Assembly: GCA_964524845.1 (NCBI GenBank)
Contig: CAZGFX010000002.1
Span: 85,389 to 149,388 of the forward strand
DNA from: an uncultured Gammaproteobacteria bacterium
GTDB taxonomy: Bacteria; Patescibacteriota; Patescibacteriia; CAZGFX01
Direction: 5' to 3'
DNA length: 64,000 nt
Part shown: positions 20,858 through 30,039 of the stretch, one piece after another
Layout of the letters: every line of letters begins with the position of its first letter
How positions within the stretch are numbered: position 1 is the stretch's first letter
Position numbers and translations under genes: made by a program
The notes under the pieces: generated by a model
What the model saw: the letters and a program-made list of their open reading frames with translations, nothing else
Told to the model about the DNA's origin: nothing
Database searches by the model: none

Positions 20858-20923
20858 AAAAGGTAATAATTAAAATTCGTAATATGATATATTATAATAC
20901 ACATAGTATTATAACATGTGATA

Positions 20924-22411
20924 TCACTTTAAAACAAATGTTTCCTCAACTGGCGCACGAAGCGTTTCCGAAAGCACATACGTACTCTGTGAATCAGTAC
21001 ATACTCCGTGTATTGGTGTGTTATCTATACGACGAGCCGTTTTAAACTCTATGTAAAATGGAGAATTATTAAATTCCTCTGGGTATGATACGAATTCTGG
21101 AGGTGTGTTTGGTGTATTATATGTAAATACAAATGTACTTTTTGACTGAGCTGGAATTTTAATAGGAAATACTATTGTTTTTGCACCGTATTCATTATAA
21201 AAATCATACATATCAAGCGGAAGTACTTTTTTGTTTTCTTGCTGAATTCCAAAAACCTCAGCTATTGCATCTGGGTGTACATATATTTTTTCAAGCATCG
21301 TCACATCATTGGAAGATGTGTTTTTATAATCAATCCATAAAGTATTTTTGAGCGACACATTCTCATATGTCATTCTTCTCTCATATGATAATGATAAATT
21401 TTTCTTACATTCTGACTCCATACAATCATGATGTATTGAAAAAACATCTTTTGTTTTCTGACCAAAAGGATATACTGGTAAATTATTTTTTAAAAAAACA
21501 TCACGAAGAGTCATATTGGTAGTATATACATACATGTTCCCATTTTGAATTGCATAAAAAAGCTTATCATATGAAAAACCAGAGCACGAACCTTGTTCTG
21601 TAGTACTTATAAGCCCACACAAAACATCTGTCGAGAAATTATCAATTTTTATTAATGTATCAATTCCATATTTTGCACGAAGAGTTTCAAAGACATAAGG
21701 AGGCCTAGCTATCCACTTATCATTTTTTAAATCATCGTTGTTTTTATAATACCGAGCCATCATCTTCTTCTCCTCCTCGTTTATTACAAAAGGTATTTGA
21801 TCGCTCGTGCTTTCTAATTTCACACTGTCGTTGTATTTTTTATACACTGAAAATTTCTGTAATTTTCCACCAAAAAAATCATATTCTTCACCACTCACAG
21901 TTGCTACACCGAGCGTTTGTAATGAGTTTTTTATAGAAACATAAATCTCTTCGCCTTTGAATTTCGCCGCATTCGTATTAATGCTTCCTGAAAGATTTTT
22001 TACAAATTGTTCAACGGGTGATTTAAAAAAACTAGTTTGTATATCATCTGTCTTTATAAAAGAAGTAAATTTCTCATCAGAAAAATTATAACCCAATATG
22101 TACTCTTTTGTATGTTCTATAATTGATTTAACAATATGTATGTCTGAACGAAATCTAGGTAGAATATCAGCGATCATAATACGATCAATTTGTTTTTCCA
22201 TCGTCTGTAGTTTCTCCAACACAAGGTCAGACCTATTCTCATCAGTTGAGCTTGTAAGAATATTAATAAGCGAATGAACGCGCACGACATCAAGAACAAT
22301 TATAAAAACAAGTGCGATACCACATATTATATAAGCAAAAAACCGTATTTTCTTTAAAACAGAAATTTTCCTGTATGTATCAAGATCCTTCACAGGACGC
22401 GTTTCTTCCAT
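20924..22411 (-). CDS. hypothetical membrane-anchored protein (last gene of ATPase module)
   Basis: 495 aa; single N-terminal TM (FFAYIICGIALVFIIVL), large extracytoplasmic domain; 12 bp downstream of the ATPase gene. Confidence 0.5.
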   Translation of the reverse strand: MEETRPVKDLDTYRKISVLKKIRFFAYIICGIALVFIIVLDVVRVHSLINILTSSTDENRSDLVLEKLQTMEKQIDRIMIADILPRFRSDIHIVKSIIEHTKEYILGYNFSDEKFTSFIKTDDIQTSFFKSPVEQFVKNLSGSINTNAAKFKGEEIYVSIKNSLQTLGVATVSGEEYDFFGGKLQKFSVYKKYNDSVKLESTSDQIPFVINEEEKKMMARYYKNNDDLKNDKWIARPPYVFETLRAKYGIDTLIKIDNFSTDVLCGLISTTEQGSCSGFSYDKLFYAIQNGNMYVYTTNMTLRDVFLKNNLPVYPFGQKTKDVFSIHHDCMESECKKNLSLSYERRMTYENVSLKNTLWIDYKNTSSNDVTMLEKIYVHPDAIAEVFGIQQENKKVLPLDMYDFYNEYGAKTIVFPIKIPAQSKSTFVFTYNTPNTPPEFVSYPEEFNNSPFYIEFKTARRIDNTPIHGVCTDSQSTYVLSETLRAPVEETFVLK

Positions 22412-22423
22412 ATTAAATAAAAA

Positions 22424-24316
22424 TTATCTTTTATGAATCGAGATTGGTTGACGTGAAAGCGCCTCTTTAAGGCTTATGGGAGCGGGTTGTGTCACTTGTT
22501 GTAATGGTGTTTGTTGTTCGGTGTGTTCTTTCTCACGAGAAACAGGAGACACACCAAAACGAGAAGGTGTTTTTGATAATAGTGGATTTCCCATTGATGG
22601 ATTTCCCATTGATGGTGATTGGGACGGCTTGTTTCTTTCTCCTTTTGTAAAAGAGTTTTCGCGATCTATAATATCTGTAATACGATGTTCTATTGCGTTT
22701 GGATTTTCCATTATCGCTTTTTGACGTCTGTATACAGCAAGACAATCTTTACAGAGCACTGGGCGTTTCCCGTCTGGTTTAAATGGTACCATTGTTTCAT
22801 TTCCACACCCATCGCATTTAGTTTCAAACATTTCTTTTTGTGCTGGCAAATCGCCCGTTTCTGTTTGTGGATATTGTGCGCTTTGCGTATTTTGTGAAAA
22901 AGAAGAATATTGACTAGGTGCTTGTATGTGCACTTCTTGTGTTTTTTCAAAAACAGGTTGCTTGGGAGATGTTTGTGTCGAATAAGGCGATGGTTCCTCT
23001 ACCTTGTGTACAACGGCTGTACTTAATATGCCACCAGGAGCATGTGCCCACAAACGAATACCCTCTTCAACCTCAGCACGCGGTCGAGCATATTTCTTTC
23101 TGGTGAGTTCTGTAATTATTTTTTCCGTTTCAACGCTTTTTGGAATTTTAAATGTGTTTAGTGTGTTTGCTGAAAACGCATCAGACGTAACCCCATTCAC
23201 CATAAGCTTAATATAACATGTTGCCAACTTGAGATTTACAAGGTCGTTTTTCGTAAAATTAGGAGCAAACTCTTTCTCAAGGAAATCAGCATCATCGGCA
23301 CCAACTCGAAATGAAAGAAGTGTTCCAACATTTCCGAACACTGCGTTGCGAACCTCATCAATAAGCTGTTGAATATACTGATGCGCTATAATAAGATTCA
23401 AACGATATTTTCGGGCTTCTGATAATATTCCAGCGAAAGACTCTGTAGCAAAGTTTTGAAACTCATCAACATATAAATAAAAATCCGGACGTTCGTTTTC
23501 ATTAACAATATCAACCCTGCTCATAGCCGCCATCTGAAGCTGTGTAATAATCATAGCACCAAGAAGTGCTGAATTATCCTCGCCAATTCTTCCTTTTGAA
23601 AGATTAACGATTAGAACCATCTTATTATCCATGATATGACGAATATCGACAGGGCTTTTTATCTGGCCAACGATGTTCCTCATCATTGTTGATGATAGAA
23701 ATTGTCCGACTTTGTTCTGTATAGGAGCCGTTGCTTCAGCTTTGAGTTTGTCCGGATATTTAGGATACTCATCAAGCCAAAATGTTCTTACCGATGTGTT
23801 CTTTACATATTGTAATACATTTTTACGATAATCATTATCAACCAATATTCTCATGATTCCAAGCATCGTACTTTCGGGATATTCCAAAAGAGCGAGAATA
23901 GCATTTCGAAGCACATACTCAAGGCGAGGACCCCATGAATCAGCCCATATCTTTTTAAATACAGCGACAAGTCCTGATGCGACCAGATGGCATTGGGCAG
24001 GATTATGAACGTGCATAACATTAAAACCTATTGGAAACTCCGTATCTGAAGGATTAAAATACACAATATCTTCATATCTGTTTGGCGGAATCATTTTAAT
24101 AATATCTTCGGCATATTCTCCGTGCGGATCAATCAGGGCAACACCCTCTCCATTATAAATATCCTGTATAATCATGTTTTTGATAAGAGTCGTTTTTCCC
24201 ATACCCGTCTTACCAACAATATAAAAATGCTTGCGACGATCTTCTCGCCTAATACCAAACTTCACCGATTTGTTTCGATAATTTGTTTCAGCGAATATAT
24301 TTAAATCTTTTGGCAT
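22424..24316 (-). CDS. VirD4/TraD-like coupling-protein-type P-loop ATPase (FtsK-HerA superfamily) with C-terminal C4 zinc ribbon
   Basis: Walker A GKTGMGKTT, Walker B-like FYLYVDEFQNF; C-terminal CDGCGNE...CKDCL plus low-complexity tail. Start set to ATG at 24316 (track start 24367 is TTG and overlaps upstream gene). Confidence 0.65.
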   Translation of the reverse strand: MPKDLNIFAETNYRNKSVKFGIRREDRRKHFYIVGKTGMGKTTLIKNMIIQDIYNGEGVALIDPHGEYAEDIIKMIPPNRYEDIVYFNPSDTEFPIGFNVMHVHNPAQCHLVASGLVAVFKKIWADSWGPRLEYVLRNAILALLEYPESTMLGIMRILVDNDYRKNVLQYVKNTSVRTFWLDEYPKYPDKLKAEATAPIQNKVGQFLSSTMMRNIVGQIKSPVDIRHIMDNKMVLIVNLSKGRIGEDNSALLGAMIITQLQMAAMSRVDIVNENERPDFYLYVDEFQNFATESFAGILSEARKYRLNLIIAHQYIQQLIDEVRNAVFGNVGTLLSFRVGADDADFLEKEFAPNFTKNDLVNLKLATCYIKLMVNGVTSDAFSANTLNTFKIPKSVETEKIITELTRKKYARPRAEVEEGIRLWAHAPGGILSTAVVHKVEEPSPYSTQTSPKQPVFEKTQEVHIQAPSQYSSFSQNTQSAQYPQTETGDLPAQKEMFETKCDGCGNETMVPFKPDGKRPVLCKDCLAVYRRQKAIMENPNAIEHRITDIIDRENSFTKGERNKPSQSPSMGNPSMGNPLLSKTPSRFGVSPVSREKEHTEQQTPLQQVTQPAPISLKEALSRQPISIHKR

Positions 24317-24320
24317 ATTT

Positions 24321-25901
24321 TTATTTTTTATTATCGAGATTAAACATCGTGTCAGGATTATAATCAAGACTTAATTTTTGAGCATCTTGTCCTTCTTTAG
24401 ACATAATTTCTTCATCTTCTTCTTCGCCGCTTGGAATAAATGCTTTCATAAAATCCTCCCCTGGCTCATTTGTTCGTGCAGAAAGTGAAACATCTAACTC
24501 AGATGCAACAGGAAGACCGGGAGACACGGCATTCGGATCGTACCTGTGTTCATATTCTTTATTTGTCATCATGTCATCATTGATAATCGCCATTGGAACA
24601 CCTCCTCCAGGAAGAATTTTTCCGACGGCTTGTATATCAAAAGACGGATCTCCTATTGGCAACGTAACAGGAGCGGATGATTTTGCCGCTTCTACAGTCT
24701 TAATGAGAGTTGCTTTTATGTTTGCGGCTGGGAAGTGATACATCGTGGCAAGTTCCTGCCCTGTCATAATCATCGGTGCATCTCCTCCCATACTTCTTTC
24801 TTTAAATAAACGTACCATCTCTCCTTGTTTTGCAGACAATTTTTCAGGAACTTTGAAATAAGCGTCTTTTATTTCTGTTACGGATGTGGAACTTGGCACA
24901 ATACTATTAAGCCCAAGTGAATTAAACTGATTTAATGCTCCTATAATTGCAACGATGCCTCGTTCTTTTGAATAAACTTTTTTATGAGCAATATAAAGAA
25001 GACGCATTTTCGTCTTGAATGCATATTGAGAAATTTTTTCAGCAACTCCTTTTGCGACTTGTTGTAGATACGGATCATCATCTTTTGCTGCTGTTTTTTC
25101 TTCTTTTTTCTGAGCAGCAGACCCGGCTGGAATACCAAATGATAATATCCATTCGCTGAAATTCCATAGTGCATCAACAACCCACTGAACAAACTTATCT
25201 CCTGTATGTTCTTTTGCGGCTGGTTTTCCATCCTTACTCTTAAGACCAGCCAGAAACTTCTTTCCATCTTCGTTCCATTTTGAATCCTGAGGAGTAATTA
25301 TAAATTGTAGTGCCACCATTTCTCCTGTGCGTATTTTTGACAAATTTTCAATTATTGATGATATCGGATCAAATTTATCACTAATTTGAGAAAACGTCTT
25401 TATTGGAATATAACTTTCTTTTTTAAAAACAAAATCATTTGCCCATACCGTATATGATGATTCTATTTCATGAACATCTTTTGGAACATCGTCCATATAA
25501 TCTCTGACTTCTGCTATTTCAGCATCCGGATACTGTGCGAATAATGCTGCTTCTATAAGATCACGAATTACAACTGGGCATCTTACCAAAAATTGAATAT
25601 ATCCTTCTATACTGATTAGCTCAAAACTGATCGTATGACCAATAGAAGAAGATAGAGCAACAAAAACATGTTCAACGGCCATAAGGCCTTGTGTATTAAC
25701 ACGAGGAATATCAATTGCGAGAAGAATGTATTTTATTTCTTCTTTTTTCTTTTTTGATTTTTCTTTTTCATTATGTGCTGTGATCAGCATATATAAAAAA
25801 GCTCCCAGGATTAAAAAAGCACCACCATACGTAAAAAACAGTATGGTGAGTTGCCAGGGACTTTCCCCTAAAATATGTATGAGTTCGGCAATCATCGGCA
25901 T
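24321..25901 (-). CDS. hypothetical membrane-anchored protein (first gene of ATPase module)
   Basis: 526 aa; N-terminal TM (LTILFFTYGGAFLILGAFLYMLI), acidic C-terminal tail; stop 4 nt from ATPase start. Confidence 0.5.
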   Translation of the reverse strand: MPMIAELIHILGESPWQLTILFFTYGGAFLILGAFLYMLITAHNEKEKSKKKKEEIKYILLAIDIPRVNTQGLMAVEHVFVALSSSIGHTISFELISIEGYIQFLVRCPVVIRDLIEAALFAQYPDAEIAEVRDYMDDVPKDVHEIESSYTVWANDFVFKKESYIPIKTFSQISDKFDPISSIIENLSKIRTGEMVALQFIITPQDSKWNEDGKKFLAGLKSKDGKPAAKEHTGDKFVQWVVDALWNFSEWILSFGIPAGSAAQKKEEKTAAKDDDPYLQQVAKGVAEKISQYAFKTKMRLLYIAHKKVYSKERGIVAIIGALNQFNSLGLNSIVPSSTSVTEIKDAYFKVPEKLSAKQGEMVRLFKERSMGGDAPMIMTGQELATMYHFPAANIKATLIKTVEAAKSSAPVTLPIGDPSFDIQAVGKILPGGGVPMAIINDDMMTNKEYEHRYDPNAVSPGLPVASELDVSLSARTNEPGEDFMKAFIPSGEEEDEEIMSKEGQDAQKLSLDYNPDTMFNLDNKK

Positions 25902-25941
25902 GGACGATTAAATGAGGAGCCAAACGAACTAGCGTCGCTAA

Positions 25942-27024
25942 TTATACGAGTGTATATGCTCCGTTTTCTAATTTCTTAAATTTCTTTTTATTCATAAGAG
26001 CGAGTACAATAGTGCTCTTTTTTACCATACGTTGCTTGAGTACGTGCTCTGTGATCTCATCTTTAGTTAATGGTTTTCCTACAGTACGAAGCACTTCTTC
26101 AATAACATCGGCAACGACACCTGGTTTATATCCCCATTCTTTAAGGGCATACATACCGCGTCCAATAAGAACATATTTCTGATCAAGAATAAGTTCGTTG
26201 TGAACTGTTGCTGGATGAGCTTTTTTCTTGTCTTTAAATACCTCATTAATTCTACGAGCAATATCAGTAAAATGCATTGGGTGTCCTTCTTTCTTTAGAA
26301 CAAGATAAATCTTATCGTTAATTTTCTTCGGAGTTACTGTAGGCCAGTTAGCCTTTCCCCACTCTCCATATACATTCTTTTCAATAAGTTTACTTAACTC
26401 AAGAAGAGAAAGTAAAAAATTATTTGTCACCTTATCTTTATTCTCATTAAAATGACGTGTTTTTGAAAGACGTTCCTCTATATGAGTTTTCTGCATAGGA
26501 TCTGACATGGAATCAAAAATTTCATGTAAAACATCTAACGTTTTTTCTACAAACTGATCATCAACATGCTTCAATCTCCACGAACAATACATCTTGTCGT
26601 GTTCCTTGTGACAATTAAAGCTATCCTGAGTAAAATTACGCAATAAGAAAATAAGAATGTTTTTCTTTACATCACCAGCTTCAGCATCAGCAACAAGTCT
26701 ATCAACAAGATATTGCTCATGCATGACTCCGCCATATTCAAGAAGAAGATTTCGTATAACATTCTTTACTGGTTCGATTACCTTACCAAGAACTTCGCTA
26801 TTTTTAAGTTTCTTAATAGTAGCGTTTTCTACTTGTCGAATACGTTCGCGAGTAACGCCATAATGTTTGCCGATCTCTTCTAGAGTTTTAATTCTTCCTC
26901 CATCAAGAGCGTATCGACCACCAATAACGCCAGTTTCACGATCAGTTAAACCAGCAAACAAAACCTTAACGATTGATTCCAAATCGATGTTTTTGTTTGC
27001 AACATGTTCTTTATTATTTGTCAT
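25942..27024 (-). CDS. sigma-70 region-4-like HTH protein with C-terminal HARE-HTH-like domain(s)
   Basis: N-terminus LTDRETGVIGGRYALDGGRIKTLEEIGKHYGVTRERIRQVENATIKKL matches sigma-70 region 4; C-terminal ...HPMHFTDIARRINE...YVLIGRGMYALKEWGY resembles HARE-HTH. Confidence 0.55.
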   Translation of the reverse strand: MTNNKEHVANKNIDLESIVKVLFAGLTDRETGVIGGRYALDGGRIKTLEEIGKHYGVTRERIRQVENATIKKLKNSEVLGKVIEPVKNVIRNLLLEYGGVMHEQYLVDRLVADAEAGDVKKNILIFLLRNFTQDSFNCHKEHDKMYCSWRLKHVDDQFVEKTLDVLHEIFDSMSDPMQKTHIEERLSKTRHFNENKDKVTNNFLLSLLELSKLIEKNVYGEWGKANWPTVTPKKINDKIYLVLKKEGHPMHFTDIARRINEVFKDKKKAHPATVHNELILDQKYVLIGRGMYALKEWGYKPGVVADVIEEVLRTVGKPLTKDEITEHVLKQRMVKKSTIVLALMNKKKFKKLENGAYTLV

Positions 27025-27162
27025 ATCCCTTTTAGATTACGGCTAAACTCTAGCATGTAAATTATTTTAAGTCAATAGTTTGAAGCGAAATGACCCACAT
27101 GCCAAAAAACTAGAGTTTTAAGCCAATATTTGTCTATTGTATGTTATAATTAAATATATTTA

Positions 27163-28065
27163 TTAACGTGAGCGATACTTATCCCACAATATTAATAATG
27201 GACTTGCAATAAATATTGATGAGTATGTACCAACAATAATACCAATAACAAGTGCCAAAACGAAATATTGAATTGTCGTTCCACCAAAGAAAAACATTGA
27301 GAGAAGAACAAACAAGGCTGTCGAAGACGTATTAATAGAACGAACAAGCGTTTCATTAATACTTGTATTAATAATATCTTTAAATGAGCTATGTTTATCT
27401 CTTAAAAGATTTTCTCTTACTCTATCAAACACAACAATTGTGTCATGAACGGAGAAACCAAGAACTGTAAGAAGTGCTGTTATAAACAAGCTATCAATTT
27501 CAACCCCTTTGAAATGTCCTAAGAAACTAAATATTCCAGCTGTTATTGTAACATCATGCACTAGTGCGATTATGGCCGCAAAACCATACACAAACGATGA
27601 TATTGGTTTTGATACCTTACGAAATGCATATGCTATATATATAACAATACCTATAAGAACTAATATAATAGAAAGGTAAGCGTTTCGTTTCGTTTCGCTT
27701 CCTATAACACTTCCTATAGAATCAAAACGACGCTCTTCTATCTTGTTTTGATCTTTCTCATATGTTTTTTTGATATCGTCTATAAGTTTTGCATGATCGT
27801 CAGCCGAAAGTTCTTTCGTCTTTATGACAATCGACGTATCTCCAAGTGGTTGTACTTTCGCATCAGCAAAACCATTGTCTTTTAAAACACTTGCTATGTC
27901 TTTGGAATCAGGACGAGGACCCGAAAAAGATATTTCGACAAGCGATCCTCCTGTAAAATCAATATTTGGCTTGAGCCCCCAAGCGATAAGTGCTGTGGCG
28001 CTTATAAGTACCAACAAAACCGACAGGCCGAGAAAAATCTTGTTATATTTTACAATGTTAAACAT
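27163..28065 (-). CDS. secF: protein translocase subunit SecF
   Basis: 300 aa; FTGGSLVEISF..., 6 TM, directly downstream of secD. Confidence 0.9.
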   Translation of the reverse strand: MFNIVKYNKIFLGLSVLLVLISATALIAWGLKPNIDFTGGSLVEISFSGPRPDSKDIASVLKDNGFADAKVQPLGDTSIVIKTKELSADDHAKLIDDIKKTYEKDQNKIEERRFDSIGSVIGSETKRNAYLSIILVLIGIVIYIAYAFRKVSKPISSFVYGFAAIIALVHDVTITAGIFSFLGHFKGVEIDSLFITALLTVLGFSVHDTIVVFDRVRENLLRDKHSSFKDIINTSINETLVRSINTSSTALFVLLSMFFFGGTTIQYFVLALVIGIIVGTYSSIFIASPLLILWDKYRSR

Positions 28066-28069
28066 ATGA

Positions 28070-29812
28070 TTATTCTATAATAAAGAACTTGTTATGTCTG
28101 ATAAACGCCGGCACTGTTACCAAACGCAATATAGTGCGAGTAACATTGATTGCTGTAAAAATACTGACAAGAATACCAAGTCCGAGTGTAACAGCAAAAC
28201 CTTGAATCATACTTGTTGATGTAAAATACAAGATTGCGCATGTGATCAAACTTGAAACATTTGAATCCCTAATCGAATTCCAAGCGCGTAAAAAACCTTC
28301 TTCAATTGCAACAGAAAACGGATGTCCTGCGCGAAGTTCTTCTTTTGTGCGTTCAAAAATCAGAATATTTGCATCAACTGCCATACCAACCGAAAGTAAG
28401 TAACCAGCAACGCCAGCAAGTGTTAATGTAATAGGAATAAACTCAAAAAGAGCAAGTAAAATAACCGAGTAAACTCCAAGGGCAATAACTGATATCAGCC
28501 CTAAGAAACGATAAAACACAATCATGAATACCGAAACCAGAATTAAACCTATAAGACCAGCGACAATGCTTGTGTGAACCGATTCTGCTCCAAGTGTTGG
28601 ACCAATTGTTTGTTGGCTTAGAAGTGTTATTGGCACAGGAAGCGCGCCTGCACTGAGGCGCCGCGCCAATTCTTTTGCCACTTGAGCGTTTTCCATATTC
28701 GTAATCACTGCGTCACCGCCAATAATTTTCTCACTTACGCGTGGCGCCGAAAGAACGCTTCCATCAAGAAAGATTGCAACTTGTTTTCCAACGTTACGCC
28801 CAGTAATATCTTCGAACAACTTCTTTCCCTCATCGTTAAAAGCAAGTTGGACAAGTGGGGTACTTGTATTTTGATCAAAAATGACTTTTGCCGATTTGAG
28901 TTGAGTACCCGAAAGTCCCGTGGTCTTCCACATCACAGTATCTCCAAGCGCAGCAAGAAGATCTTTGCTTGTTCTGATTTTGAATAAAATATGACTTACT
29001 TTTACCTCTTTTTCTTTTGAGGCCGGCTTTCCATCAGTCGCGGGAACATCAACTTCGCGAACATCATCAAGTTTTATAATATGATATCCAAATTGAGATT
29101 TTACAAGAGAAGGAAATAGCTCTCCTTTGTTTTTTAATTTACCAAAAACAACATCTTCGAACTCTTTAACATACATTCCTTTGCGAGCCCAATCAAGCTG
29201 TCCCCCATTATCTCTTGTCCCGTCTTGTGAACGTTCTTTTGCAAGTGTTGCAAAATCTTTACCAGCCTTAACTTCCGCGAGTGTTTTGTCTGCAAGTTCT
29301 TTCATGCTTTTGTTTATTTTTTCAGCATCACCTTCAAACTTAGATGCTTCGGTATCAATTTCAGCTTCTGTTTTTGCTTCTTTGAATTCCAAAATAGGTG
29401 TTTCTCCTATTTTTTTAATCGCATCTTTTAAATCTGATATTCCTGGTAATTCGATAATAATACGATCCTGCCCAGATGTCGTTACTGATGGTTCTCCAAC
29501 ACCAAATGCATTGACTCTTCTTTCAATTACATCTCTAGCGCCCTCAATCGCCTCACGCACATCTCCTATTGGGACACGCGAAAGATCGGCTTGATACACA
29601 AGCTGTGCTCCACCTTTTAGATCAAGCCCTAAATGAGGTGTAAAAGAGTTAAAAAACTTACTCGCCCAAAAACGCTCTGGAATATGCGGTGTGGCAATTA
29701 AAGCGCACACCACACTCAAAATAACGATAAAAACAAAAGACCCCCAGACCTTTCTTCTGCTTACCGGCTTTCTAGCATTGTTCTTTTGATCCATAAATTG
29801 TGTTAAAAACAT
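28070..29812 (-). CDS. secD: protein translocase subunit SecD with embedded parvulin-type PPIase-like segment
   Basis: LGLDLKGGAQLVYQADLS start of P1 domain, C-terminal 6-TM SecD core; residues about 185-250 FATLAKERSQDGTRDNGGQLDWARKGMYVKEFEDVVFG...FGYHIIKL match parvulin motifs. Confidence 0.88.
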   Translation of the reverse strand: MFLTQFMDQKNNARKPVSRRKVWGSFVFIVILSVVCALIATPHIPERFWASKFFNSFTPHLGLDLKGGAQLVYQADLSRVPIGDVREAIEGARDVIERRVNAFGVGEPSVTTSGQDRIIIELPGISDLKDAIKKIGETPILEFKEAKTEAEIDTEASKFEGDAEKINKSMKELADKTLAEVKAGKDFATLAKERSQDGTRDNGGQLDWARKGMYVKEFEDVVFGKLKNKGELFPSLVKSQFGYHIIKLDDVREVDVPATDGKPASKEKEVKVSHILFKIRTSKDLLAALGDTVMWKTTGLSGTQLKSAKVIFDQNTSTPLVQLAFNDEGKKLFEDITGRNVGKQVAIFLDGSVLSAPRVSEKIIGGDAVITNMENAQVAKELARRLSAGALPVPITLLSQQTIGPTLGAESVHTSIVAGLIGLILVSVFMIVFYRFLGLISVIALGVYSVILLALFEFIPITLTLAGVAGYLLSVGMAVDANILIFERTKEELRAGHPFSVAIEEGFLRAWNSIRDSNVSSLITCAILYFTSTSMIQGFAVTLGLGILVSIFTAINVTRTILRLVTVPAFIRHNKFFIIE

Positions 29813-30039
29813 CGAAATATTACCACATGAGATTGAAAAAAGTAAAGTATTATAAATGGTTGTTGTTTAACAAGGCTTTTTTTCCAAAAAAACACTGGAA
29901 GAAGGCATAAAAACCTTTTATAAATTAATAGTTGTTTTGTTTTTAAAAAAATTCAATTGCTCATTTTTATATTATACAGTATGCTTTTAATAATCTGTGA
30001 CGATTATTTTATATTATTTTTTATCTTTATTACAACACA

